DNA of 64,000 bases, from NCBI GenBank assembly GCA_964252035.1, contig OZ176207.1; one strand, given 5' to 3'. The translations under genes and the position numbers were made by a program. Below are positions 23,704-36,660 of this stretch, piece by piece (position 1 is the first letter of the stretch; every line of letters starts with the position of its first letter). Under the pieces are notes generated by a model. It had not been told where the DNA came from, made no database searches, and worked only from the letters and a program-made list of their open reading frames with translations. Source of the DNA: Podarcis erhardii. Taxonomy: Eukaryota.

Positions 23704-25714
23704 GACTTTAAAACCAGAAGTATTAAACTTTGGAAATTTCAACCCAATTCTACTTGAGCAGCACATAAGCAACACATTTATGTATATCTAATATAGTATT
23801 CAATTTGCAAAATCTTTAATCTTGTCCCATTGGACCCTCCAATGGCACAATTCACTTAAATTTATATGGGGTAGGATTCTGGCTAGCCGATGCAGTCTGA
23901 TTCCACCATTCTAGTGGTAACAACTTTTGAGAAATCATTTTTATGTTTGATAGTTCTAAACTGTCAGTACTAATTTTCACTTCTTCTCCTGAGCCAATTT
24001 CTTGACAGCTGTGCTGAATTCTCCTTTGTTCTCTTTCGCTGTCCTTTTATTGTGCCATATTTTCCTTCTCTGATGGATATCAGTTCCCTCTTCCACACTT
24101 TCCCCCATCTGTTACTCAGTTTGTAGTATGCATCATCCAACCAACAGACACCAGTTAATTAAGGGCCAGAGAAAAATGAAATGGTGGTGGGTAAAGCAAT
24201 TAAGTACTTCAGGAAAACTACCAACAGTTCTATAGGCAAGTTGCTTAAGAAAGACTGTTGCACTGGTGGAGCAAATTCTTTGTATGCAGAAAGTCCCATG
24301 TTTAGTTGGGAAAGACTGATGTAAGCAGTCAGTGGGCAGGGCTGCGGTAGACTGATCAATATAGTATGACTTGATAGAATGCAACATCATATGTTGATGC
24401 ACATCTCAGAATTTCAGAAAGTTATAAGCAATGAGATGGTTTAATTCTAGGCCCCATATTACATTTTCAAGAAGGAATTATTATATTGATAAAGCTAAAC
24501 AAAGCAAAACAACTGAGTGCACTCTTTATCTTGGGGGACTTTGGGAGGGGATGACAATTAGTCAATCAGTGGCAATTGTTTATCTCATGCTTTACTAGTA
24601 GGGCTTTGTTGCTGAATATTTAAATGATTATTTGGAAATGTGTATCTGTGTGATTTAAATTTTTATTGATACTCGCTGTCATTTTAACAGTCCCTGTCCT
24701 GAGAAAGATGAGTTGGACATGCCACAAATAAACAAACAAACAATGCTCATTGATCACAGCAAACTATAGAATTATGAACATTCGTGCTTCCTAAAATGGT
24801 GAATAAATGCTTTTATTTCATAGCTGTTCCCAGTTTGTACAGCTGATCCTTTGCAATGTTGCCATATTGAATTCCCAGATCCTGTTACTCTAAAATATAG
24901 TGTCTTTGAGTTTGGCAGCATTTCTTTGTCCATTGCATTTAAGTTGCAGTTAAATTGCTCATTAAACCTCAAGCAATGCAATGTAATGCTTGCTACCATT
25001 TATAGTCAATGCTCTCCAAAGTACAATTAGAAAGAGTGCTATGACACAGAGCAATGGAGACAATTATTTCTGAAGTTACTAATGCTAAGCTAATTAGCAT
25101 ATGGCATCTAAGACAGCTGCTGATGCTAAATACTGAGGGACTAATTAGTGTTTGATGTTAATTAGCTTCTTCTGCATGAACATTGTCCTTAAATGTATAT
25201 GCATCGGTGCCATTGGGCTATTAAAATCCAGGCCTGTGCATGTCTTGCAGTAGTATAGGGTATTATACTATTATCATATTTGAATACTGTATGTATAAAA
25301 GGATATATATCACCATCAGGAAGATCTCAGCCACAATATGCTTACAATCTACGATCTGAAGCAGCAGGTGGGAAGTGGTGGTAGATGAAATCAAGGAAGT
25401 GATATACAGTTGTTCCAGTTGTCCTTGTTTATATTTATGTACAAGCTGAGTTATGGAAGAGCATGGGGTCTAGGGGGTTGTACAAAAGGTCCTATGGGAA
25501 AACTGGTGGGTCTTCTTTGGAAGAATTTGAATATGTTAAGATAGGTGATGGGATAGTTTCAAGCAGATGGAGCTGGAAAGGAGAAAGGAAGAAGACTTTT
25601 GAAGGCGCAGGACACTTTTGGACAGCACAGCATAGAGCTGGGGAAAAAAAGAACAAAAACACAATACAGAGATAGAGAGACAGAGATGTTCCTGATAAAA
25701 TTAGTGAATGATTA

Positions 25715-25985
25715 TTGTGCCTAGAGACAGACAGTCAGGGCATGGGTCCACTGCAATGACCAGAGGAAGAATGTCCATTGGGAGGCGTGCAGAAAGAAGA
25801 AACACCATGGTGCATCTGCAGAGGCACAACCAGGCACCTTCATCTGCCCCAGCTGCAACAAAACATGTCTCACCCATATTGGTCTCTACACCCACAGCAG
25901 GGGCTGCAACATTTCAACAGCTTGATTTCACTCCCAAAGGCACACTCCTCCATTGTCTCCTGAGACAGATGGATGCCAGCAAGAA
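25715..25985 (+). mobile_element. RTE-clade LINE 3' end remnant
   Basis: It encodes FICPSCNKTCLTHIGLYTHSRGC, a C-terminal C2H2-like knuckle, followed by the typical CCATTGTCTCCTGAGACAGATGGATGCC tail. Confidence 0.75.
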
Positions 25986-27484
25986 CTGCCCTAACCTTGG
26001 CGTCAACTACCAATGCTTTAGGGTTTAAATGCTGACATGAGAATTGCTGATTCCTTCCACATTCACACTTTATGAATCAGTTTGGAATGTCTTCCATTAT
26101 TCTAAACAAATGCTCTGCAGCACCTTCTGTTTTTGCTAGGTTATGAGAACACATTCATGTGCATCTATGTATATGCCTTGCATGCATACATTGCATCAAA
26201 TCTAAACCCATTGTCAAGTATGATAATTGACCTCCTCTTAGAACAATAAGCAGACAAGATTAGGTTGTGCTGATACGTGTTTATGCAAAGTGAAGCATAA
26301 ATGGTAGTGGTTACTGTGGCAACACCTGCAGCTAGGAAATGCCAGTGCTGCAGATCTGAATATCCTGAGCTCAAGGCATGATTAAAGTCTCCAAGTGACC
26401 AGGGAGGTTATAGCCAGAAATGGAGGGAAGCACTCAGTGTCTGCAGCAGTAGAAGGTATTACCAGCTGAGACAAGCAATAGATTCTGCTTTAGAAGCATT
26501 TTCTCACCTGTCTTTGCAGCTGGATAATACGATAATGGCAGCAGAGGCAGAAACCAGGACTTTGGGGATTTAAGGATGCCAACGGAAAATAATTTATTAG
26601 CAGACAACTTGCAAAACAAGTCATTTATAATAGCAAAGCCATACTGCAGAATGCACTGTTGACACTTAGAGCCTGTTATGAAAATAATCAGGCCTCCCCT
26701 TGTTTTCAACTGGTTAGTGATTTTATTTTTTTCCCCCACTGGACTACCCAGCTCGTGGCAAACGAGTATTGATGCTACTTGCTGGAATCTCTGGCAGCAA
26801 AATAAAAGAGAAGGAGTAATATCCTCCTTCAAGCATCATTGTGCACTATTGAACATGCCACCCCAGCTGTGGCTACACCTGATACTCCAGAAAAGTCTTG
26901 GGGTGGGTGGGGAAAGAAAATGTATAGAACATTCTGAAGGAGGGTGGACATTTCTTTTTCTTGACTTTCCAAAATCTATTCTATCATTTAAGTTATTAAA
27001 AATATAAGACAAGCGCTGCTGGAATAAAGGCCTATCTAGCCTGTCAAGTCCAGCATCCTAAAATTGCCCACAAGCAAAACAAAGAGGCAATCAATAACAC
27101 AGCAAATGATATTCAGAGCTATTCTGTTTCTGATCCTAAGTTTTAATACGACTGTGTGACATAGGCACCAACTCATGGGGAAGAGGTGTCTTCAGCTCTC
27201 TCAATATTTATTGGCAGGGGACTGAGCCTCCACAATGTGGAGGAGGTGGAAGAAACTGAATGAGGAGCTGAGCATGGCACAGCATCAGTGTCTGGCTCCT
27301 CCTGAGTGTGAGAAAAGGAGAAGCCACCCACATTGAAGCTGTGCGGTGCTGGGCTCTGTGCTCAGCCTCCTCTTGACAATGTGCATGACGTGCATGGCAT
27401 CACTGGCTCACATTGCTTGTTGTGCGACACTGGGCCCCTTCATTATTGGGTGTAAGATGGCATCTCTGCTGTGTGATGATTTAG

Positions 27485-27574
27485 CATAGCTGTCAATGTT
27501 TCCCTTTATTAAAGGGAAATTCCCTTATTCCTAATAGGATTCCTCACAAGAAAAGGGAAAAGTTGACAGCTATG
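27485..27574. mobile_element. Minimal 90-bp hAT-type MITE
   Basis: TIRs are CATAGCTGTCAA / TTGACAGCTATG, with a perfect 8-bp TSD TGATTTAG (27477-27484, 27575-27582). Confidence 0.9.
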
Positions 27575-30302
27575 TGATTTAGACATGTGGTCACGTAGCC
27601 AAATAAGGTCACTTGAAATACCTGTGTAACCTATACAATAGTTTTATTGTCCACCAGCATCTTGATAACATATTGTACTGTGCTACTAGCCAGGATGGCT
27701 ATGCTCTGCCTTCATGCTCAGAGGCAGTAATGCTTCTGAATACCAGTTGCTGGAAACTGAATACCAGTTGCTGGAAGTGCTACTGTGCTCGGCTCCTGCC
27801 TGCAGGTTTCCCACATGCATCTAATTGGTCCTGTGAGAAAAGGATGCTGGACTAGAAGGGCTATTGTATTGGCCTGATCCCACAGGCTCTTCTTATGCTC
27901 TTTTGTATTGGATAGCACTCATATTCTCTATCTGTGATGCTATGTTTGACCAATAAAGATTGTGTAACAATTGGAAACTTTCATTACAGAGTTGCTGTAA
28001 GCCACTATCTAATAATTTCAGACACCATCTGTAATGAGGACATAATAATACAATGGTTGTACTTTCCCTTCCTATCTTAACTATGTAGATATTAACATTG
28101 GACTACAATACAGCAAGCAACAATTTCTCGACCTGATCGTGTTTGTGATACTGAAATGCTAATACTGAACTGTATTATTAAAAGATATCGCCATCATTTA
28201 TAATTTTCATGTTTTGGAATGTGCAGCTCATAAAGCTCAGCTATATTATTAACTGAGTGTCATTTCCACTTAAAGTTCTTGAGATTTTGAAGGTGTGTGG
28301 TCAGTGGTTAGGAGGATTTGATGTGTAGGTTCTTGCACAAATATTCTTCAATATTAGCTCTTTGCTGTCAAATCTTGGGGTGAACAATATCACAGACTAC
28401 CCAGCCAAGCATCCTTTGGTTTGGTGTATGCAATGTGAAAATTGTAGCACAAGGCTACCTTGCAGATTTATACAGCGCTCTCTTCCTCTCCCAGTGTCAA
28501 TCTGTTGTGCAGGGGGCCCTTGTCTTCTTTTTTTACACTGTTCTGAGCTGAGCAATAAAATCTATTGCAGAAAATCAGAACAGAGTTTGAGTCTCTCATC
28601 CAGTGGGAACCTAGTTATCAGGTTCACATCTGCCATATGAGGACAATTGTACTGGAAGAGAAAATAATAATCTAAATAGTAGGAGACCTGAGTTTGGAAG
28701 AGCATAAATATCTGCTTCTATTTGTTCCTTTTGTCTTCTTTTTTGGGGTGGGGACTGACACTGCCAAATTATTGCAGTTTTTTGTTTTGGTATAAAAACA
28801 TGAAAAACAGCAAAATAAGGATGATAATATTTTAATAAACACACACACACACAAAGTCATCTATGGGTTCTATCTGCTTAGATCATTGATCGTTACAGTT
28901 CTCTTCTTCATACACTACCACTACATTTGGCATCATGGATACATTACTTTTTTAAAAAAGATAAAACAGTAAATTGGACCACAAGTGATGGTGTATAAAC
29001 CAAATAATGGGCTTTATAACCCAGACAATGCATAGTGAACATTTTTACAGCTAGAAAAGGTGTGCTGACAATTCTCTGAATTATCATTATAGGAATACTG
29101 ATAGGAACTCAGATTCCCTTTCTTTGCAAATGTAAAATACACACTTTAAACAAATATCAATGTCACTAAACATGCTGAACACACCCTTCAAAATTGTGAA
29201 GGAGCTCCACATGACCAAGTAATGGGAGAACAAGTATTCATAACAGAAACTTCTGGTGCTTGAGCAACTATTGCCACAGCAAAGAGTTTCTAGATACTTC
29301 AAAGCATTCTAAAAATGGATTTTATTTTCCCCCTCCAAATATTTATTTTCTTTTGTAAGCAATCCACACTTTAAAGTCTTGGATTTCTGCACTGATACCT
29401 ATATGCAGCTGTCATTGTTATCACTCTTAATGAGATAAAGTAATGGCATCAAATATAACCAGGAAATCTGTTCAACATATAAAAGGTGTGTTGCTGTACC
29501 CAAGGGAAAAAAAGAAATGAAACAACTCAAAAATCCACCAACATTTCGCATTTCCCATTATGACATGGTGTATATGTTTTTATCCAATTGCATCTCCTCG
29601 CCACTTACATAAATGCTAAATGTAAAAACACCAATGGGAATTCCCACCAGTTCCCCATTTAAATTTGTTTTATGAACTGGCCTTCAACTTTTTGCCCGAA
29701 ACTCTCTCCAGTGTAATGTCTTTTCGCTCTTCCTTCCAACTTTTAGTAAAAGCTTCTGCATGCTTGATTTCATGGGCTTCTTTTTGATCAATGACATCTG
29801 CCAGCCCCTTGTAATTTATAATGTTTTCCTGGTAGTGTAGATCTGAACTGATTAGTGCTCTTCGTGGGTATCTTACAGGGCTGATTTTCATAGTGGAGAT
29901 GATTTGCACTGTCTGCCTGTTGGGACACTTAAAGGCATCTCAGTTTGGATATCTGAACTGCCTGACATTCAAAATCAGTCACTTTGGAATAAATAGGCCT
30001 GTTTGTCTACAGTTTCTTTCCACAGCTATAAAGAGTGCTTAGTTCCAGCTGACTGGGTTTGATCTCTGCAGCTAGAAGATCAACTGTTAATTCCTTCTGG
30101 GATGCTGTGACGCTGGCTGTTAAGTTTCTGTTGGCGAGCTTTGATCACATTCTCTCCAATTTCAATTTCCGCCAGAGCTGCAGTTAGTCTTCCATTCACA
30201 CTGACGTTGTCATGGGTTCTTCACTAATGTAGCACAGTCGTCTTCTTTCAGTTTTCACGTGTTCCTGGGTAACACCTGGGAAATAGTCTTGAACCTTGGC
30301 AT

Positions 30303-30411
30303 CTTCTTCTTTGGCGATCACTCATAGCCAAGTAAGATTGTCTTCCATGAATACGGTCCGTAAGTGACTGTGGAGGCCAATTCTGGATCCACACATCTTT
30401 CCACAGTGGGG
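30303..30411 (-). mobile_element. Short 5'-truncated RTE-clade LINE 3' end
   Basis: It has a (GAA)n-type tail and a 10-bp TSD ACCTTGGCAT (30293-30302, 30412-30421). Confidence 0.75.
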
Positions 30412-31704
30412 ACCTTGGCATATATTACACCCTGTGTAGCATCAAGACCCTGCTAGAGGGCTGAAGTATAACTGCCTGGAGAATTCCAACAAATTTGGCC
30501 TTGATTGCTTCATATATGATGAATGAGAGCTGAGGAAAATCAGTCTAGGGTTTTTCTCAGCCATCGCTCCCACATACATACTCCTGACAGATAGATCATA
30601 AGAAAAAATGACAATATGATAAAAGAATATGGAACCATAAAAGCTCTCGTTCAAGGCAAGGGTAACAATGATAAAACCATTGGCAAAATAAAAGAGATTA
30701 GCCAATCTTTTTGCTGCTTACTTACCTAGCCTTGTTGTAAATCCTGACTGACCTTTTCTTTCTCATGTCCTCTGGTGCCTAATGACTTTGGCAGCTACGT
30801 CTGAAAAACAAGATGTAGCAAATTCTCACCATGTATGATGAAGCTTCAGACTTCTGCTAGCCATGGGATGAAGCTGGCATTTTGTCAATGCTCTTGAGCT
30901 GAAGTGGTGGAGAGATCAAACTGATATAAGTGTTCAGTTTGTCTTTCTGTATAGATCCTGACCATAACTTAGCAGTATGCATAGATCACTCAAGAATCAC
31001 TCATGAGAGTTATGAAGCCCCTTGTTGGGCCTTTGCTAAAACCTACTAAATTTTTGACAAGCCAGCAATGTGAAATGAGCAGCAGCAAACGACAAAAAGC
31101 CTTGTCTGGAAATGGAATGTGAAATGCAATCGTGCTTGACATTTTTAGCATCTTGCAAAGCATAAGGAGCAGATGAACCATGTTATTACAGGCTACATTT
31201 TTCTGCTGATATAGCATCAATGAAGTCAATGGGGTTGTGACCGTCAAAATCTCTGGCTTAATATATTAACTAGGGTGTATTGAAGGACAATAAATACTGC
31301 AGCTCCAGGTCAGTGTGGATTTACATGTCTAGTTGTAGTGAAGATCACCATGTGAGGAATCTGTTCACCACAGCCTATTTAAATTCCCGGTTGGTTCCAG
31401 ACCCTTACTGGAACAAAATCCTATGGCAGGCTTCCCAATCTGGTGCTCTCCAGCTCTCCAGTTGTTGTTGAACTACATCATGGGTGTAGCCAAGGGGTGG
31501 GGCAGGGAGGTTCTGTCCCCCCTAAATAAATGAAAATAAAAATACAGAGGTAACTGAGGTTCTGCCCCCCAACAAATGGCCTGGCCCCCTAAAAAAATCC
31601 TGGCTACACCCATGGCTCCCATAATTCCTGGCTATTAACCATGTCAGTTGGGATCCAATGGAGTTGTAGTCCAAAACATCAGGAAGACACCAGGTTGATG
31701 AAGG

Positions 31705-31789
31705 CAAAAAATCCTTTATTTATTCGCAAAATCCTTTATTTATTCGCAAAATCCTTTATTTATTCGCAAAAAATCCTTTATTTATTCGC
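31705..31789. repeat. Minisatellite, 4 copies of the 20-mer GCAAAATCCTTTATTTATTC
   Basis: The copies are in direct tandem with no spacers. Confidence 0.95.
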
Positions 31790-32372
31790 CTTCACACCAC
31801 TTGAGTGTCTGGATTTAGCTGAAACATTTTCTTGCTCTACTATCTATCATTTTGCCTCCTTGTCTGAACTCTCATTCAATAATCAGGATATAGAACTGGT
31901 GATAAACTATTAGGATTCTACCACGTTTGTGGAAAATATGTATATCCCAGCAGAGCTTAAAGAATCAAGGATAGTCACACTGTGTGTGCTGAAAGAAATC
32001 TTGTACTATGCCATTAATAGGAATGATGACTCTGCTAAATCAATAGTTCAGAATCTGTTGCACAAATCTGATTTTTACTAGAGAGCTCTTGTTAAGTGCA
32101 GTTGGGAGTCCCCCTTGCTCGGACCATTCACCTGCCTCTCTCTCATTTACTGGCTTGGCTTAGAAGACTGCTCCCTATGAAATAACACAGGGTCATTAAC
32201 TTAACAACTGTCCCCATCATCAAATGCTTAGCTGTGGGCTAAAAGAACTGTCATGCAGTGTAAAAAAAGGGTATTCAGAATCTGATGAAGCAAGTAGAAA
32301 ACCCTGTTCAAATTCAAAGATAGTAGTTACAGAGGAGCATTATGTTAGGATTCATAGAAAGTAAGAACACAA

Positions 32373-32742
32373 AAGGGACGTGGGTGGTGCTGTGGGGTTA
32401 AACCACAGAGCCTAGGACTTGCCTATCATAAGGTCGGTGGTTCGAATCCCCGTGATGGGGTGAGCTCCTATTCTTTGGTCCCAGCTCCTGCCAACCTAGC
32501 AGTTCGAAAGCACGTCAAAGTGCAAGTAGATAAATAGGTACCACTCTGGCAGGAAGGTAAACGGCGTTTCCGTGCACTGCTCTGGTTTGCCAGAAGCAGC
32601 TTAGTCATGCTGGCCACATGACCCAGAAGCTGTCTGCGGACAAACGCTGGCTCCCTCGGCCAATAAAGTGAGATGAGTGCCGCAGCCCCAGAGTCGGTCA
32701 CGACTGGACCTAATGGTCAGGGGTCCCTTTACCTTTACCTTT
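32373..32742 (+). mobile_element. Sauria SINE
   Basis: It has the GGGACGTGGGTGG tRNA-like head with a B box (GGTTCGAATCC), a (TTTACC)n tail and an 11-bp TSD TAAGAACACAA. Confidence 0.92.
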
Positions 32743-33315
32743 TAAGAACACAACAAATTGTACTTGGGCTCATTCAGACTTTCTCTTGTGCTGCATTTCT
32801 AGGCACAGGTGTGTGTTTTAAAGCTCCGTGTCCAAGCAGCCAAGCACTTTTTTTCTTGCCCCGGTGTTTTGCCCATGATACCCTACTCTTTACCTGTTCT
32901 GATTCATCGTTAAAGGGCAGGTTTTCCTGGATAAAGTGGTGGAGCAAAAAAAATGAAAAAAAGCAACTGCTAGAGGGTAATCCAGTCATTATAGCATTCT
33001 AGCAGTATCCTAAGAGGGAAAAATATTTGGTGTTGCCCAGGAGGAGCCACCTTTCTTAGAAACAGACTCCAGTCACTTCAGGTAAACTCAAACAGGAATA
33101 ATTTTATTTAAGTATAGTCTTATTTCCTCCTCAGACTCCAAGCCCACACTGACTTCCTCCCCTCCCCTCTACAGGAAGTTCCTTCTTCAGATATTTCCCC
33201 TTGACCCAAGAACTAACTATATACATGAAATGAGCATCCCCACCCAAACCATATACAATATAAAAGGTTTTGGTAGATATGGCTTTTAGCTTTCATAAGT
33301 TTTACTACATAATAA

Positions 33316-33666
33316 AAGGTAAAGGGACCCCTGTCCATTAGGTCCAGTCATGACCGACTTTGGGGTTGCGGCACTCATCTCGCTTTATTGGCCAAGGGAG
33401 CCGGAGTACAGCTTCCAGGTCATGTGGCCAGCATGACTAAGCCGCTTCTGGCGAACCAGAGCAGCGCACGGAAACACCGTTTACCTTCCCGCCGGAGTGG
33501 TACCTATTTATCTACTTGCACTTTTGAGGTGCTTTCGAACTGCTAGGTTGGCAGGAGCAGGGACCGAGCAACGGGAGATCACCCCGTTGTGGGGATTCGA
33601 ACCACCGACCTTCTGATCGGCAAGTCCTAGGCTCTGTGGTTTAACCCACAGCGCCACCCGTGTCCC
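33316..33666 (-). mobile_element. Sauria SINE
   Basis: It is a reverse-complement copy of the 32373 element. Confidence 0.92.
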
Positions 33667-36379
33667 TATATACTATATACATTTATATAAATAAAAAGTA
33701 GAAATAAAAGGAGTATTGGAAATGCTTGATCACGAGCATCATCTTTTGCTCTTGACTGCGTACTGCCTTCTAAAGCCAAACCATTAAAGGGGATTCGTTT
33801 CCTTCCAAGATTTAATGGCTTCTTTCTATTTTCCTGCCTTTATGAGCATTACATTTCTAATAGACTCCATGCTTTGATTTCATGGTGACTGATAGCCAGC
33901 TAACTGGAAAATAGAGATCTCAAACCTAACTGATTTTTAAAATCTGACTGCATACCTTGGACCAAATATTGAGGTCCTCTTGACACATTTCCACAGCATT
34001 TTTTTGTTTCATACCTTTGGTCTTAGGAAGGTGTCATGAAGGGCTGATCTGACTCATGGCAAGAACTAAGCATCATGAAATGCTAAAACTTTGCAGGAAT
34101 TGATTTTCAAGTACATTTCATAGAATCATAGAATCTTAGAGATGGAAGGGACCCAATCACCTGCAATGCAGGAATATCAGCTAAATTAGAGAGCATGAAT
34201 TACATTTAAATTAGAGAGTATAAGGCTCCTCTACTGGATGTCCTTTTTAGTGTGCATTTATGATTATTGTGCTCACGATGTTTTCTTTTGTGTTTACTCA
34301 AACCCTGCTAGTGAGTCCACTTTTTTACAATATTTCTGTAAGTAATTCGTAAACGGTTCCCAATCTTTTAAAAACTCTCTATTGTCTCTGTCCTTAAGTT
34401 TCCCTGTAAGCTTCGCCATTTCAGCATATTCCATTAGTTTTCCTTGCCACTCTTATTTTGTTGGTATCTTCTTGTCCTTCCATTTTTGGGCTAGCAGAAT
34501 CCTAGCTGCTGTGGTGGCATACATGAATAATTTCTTCTGCTATTTTGGCAAGTATTGTCCTGTAATACCTAATAAGAAAGCTTATGGTTTTTTTTTAGCA
34601 AATTTGGGGGGCTATACTGTGGCAAGATCTGCCAAGATCAGCAGCTTTCGATATGACAGGTTTTCCCTGGCTAAAATGGTATCAGATGGTATAAGTTCCC
34701 AACTTTGGCTAACCCAAAAATATGCTGGTGTAGTTTAGTCAGCCAGATTCAAATCTCCCAAAGCAGGCATTACAGGGGAATGGTGGGGTTAGTGCTGGGC
34801 ATGGTGAGCAGGGTGGTTAAGCTGGAGTATAACTCTGTGCAGTTTGGTCATTTGACCAGACAAAGAGGGTCATGGAAGTCAAACTCTATATTAAAGGCTT
34901 GTTTTCCCTCTGACACGATTGGGCAGCTGAGTTGGCTGTAGTCTTGCTCCTGAATGGGGTTGGGACCTGGTGTAATATTATGTTGGCTTAATGTTTTATA
35001 CCAGCTTCTTGTGTATAGGTTTGCTACCTCACTCACTTAGGGAGTGCCTCTTACCTGCATAGATGATGCTTTTCATGCACTAGGCCTTTTCAGTCAACCC
35101 TTCTTGCCTTCTTGCCTATTGTGTATGTAAAACAGCAAAATAACTTGCACAAACACACAACAAATGATATGTGCTATCTGCTCAATGTTAATATACCTTC
35201 TCTGTTACAATGTTATATATTCTACGTTAAAATAATAAGAAAATAATATATTGTTTAAAATGTATCCACTCTAGTTTTAATACAAGTCAACTTCTTTTTG
35301 TTTTAATCATATAATCTGGAATACGATATGAATTAATGTCAATATCAAAAGACGTAACATGATATTTCCTTTTTATTTTAGTTTCAGCTTGCTTAAGATA
35401 TCTAAAAAATGTCTACATTTCAAGCATAGGCAGGTACATTGTTTTGAAGGAAAATAATAATATATATTATGAGAATGAAGATGAAAAATATATGCATATT
35501 GATTATAGTTTGCTTGCTTGACGGATTCACAAGTGAATATTGATTGGCTGGATCAGCATGTTGTAAACCATGTTTCATTCATGTATGAATGTGTAACAGT
35601 CCCCCCCCCAACATTTGGGGGGATATTAGAGTTGAGGATTTCTTAGGAGCCTTGTTCTATTGTGCAAATAAATCAATGTGCATGCAAGTGTGTGTGTGCG
35701 CGCGTGCGCGCGTGCGCTAGGTTTCCTTCTCCTTTTCAGAACTTTCCCTTGGGGTCTTTCAAGTTTAATATTCTTCATGGAAAAAAATGTCATCTGAAGC
35801 TGGAATAAACCTAGGGGTGCCTTGGAGATTATTTTTGCACAGGTGATTAATGCTCAAAACTGGAATGAGGTTATAAAAGCAATTCCTAAAATCTCTGTCA
35901 TAGATCATATAAAAAAGATAAAGTGAGAAAATATGCACGAATCCTGCAGTTTTCTTACAGAGTCCTAAGCAAATGTTTCCTTTCAGTTCAACAGTTTGAA
36001 CTGTTGTCTGCAGACAGTGGCTTTGGTTCTTGCCTGGGAAGAGGCAGACATTTGTGACTGTCAGTAACATTGAAAACTGTACAGCTCCTTTAGTATGTCA
36101 ATTCAAAATAAAGTGGTTATTAGCCCCTAAGTGAAGAAACTGTATTTGGATACCACCACCCTTGATAATTGTTAGCTAGTGTCAAAGTTACCAAGTATTT
36201 TATGCTCGAGCAAGCAGGGACAATTCAGCTCTGGGCTCTGGGCTGATTATTTTCATCATTTCCTATGTCTGTTTAGGTCGAGTTTTAGGGCTAAACAGAC
36301 TTGTTTGCCTGGGTGCATGCCTAGTCCTAGGAGCTAGACAGAAGGAGTGTATCCCTGCTAATGCTGCTGAACCTCTTCG

Positions 36380-36660
36380 TAATAATCTTCAGGGGCATCT
36401 GGCTGGTATGGATCTTGGAGGCCCTGCTTTAAGGTCTTTCCAGTCCCATATGCTGGATGTTCCCAGAAAATGGTGCTAGGGGACTTTTGCTCACCTCTTA
36501 GTAAATGGTCTGTGGTCTGGAGCTGCCTTTGCACGCAGAGGTTGGGCTTGCCTGGGGGAAATTTGGTTACATTCAAGTTAAACGCCTGCAATGCTCTCTA
36601 CATGGGGCTGCCCTGGAAAAGAGTTTGGAAACTACAGTGGTTGCAAACTGTGGCAGGCAT
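36380..36660 (+). mobile_element. L2-clade LINE fragment
   Basis: The translation VTFKLNACNALYMGLPWKRVWKLQWLQTVAG resembles the L2 ORF2 motif VTSRLDYCN.LY.GLP. Confidence 0.7.

Noticed and set aside
27737-27778. Tandem duplication of TGAATACCAGTTGCTGGAA
   Set aside because: It is a simple two-copy slippage inside an old SINE-like repeat.
30480-30545. FIIYEAIK resemblance to an SLC25 mitochondrial carrier motif
   Set aside because: The flanking residues do not follow the carrier pattern and no PX[DE]XX[KR] signature is present.
31705-31789. CRISPR-like direct repeats
   Set aside because: The units are contiguous with no unique spacers, there are no cas genes, and the context is vertebrate. 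This is a minisatellite.
32375-32455. tRNA gene suggested by A/B-box motifs
   Set aside because: This is the tRNA-derived head of a SINE and shows no complete cloverleaf.
35688-35717. Alternating purine-pyrimidine tract (GT)n(GC)n with Z-DNA potential
   Set aside because: It is short, common in vertebrate genomes and has no associated feature.
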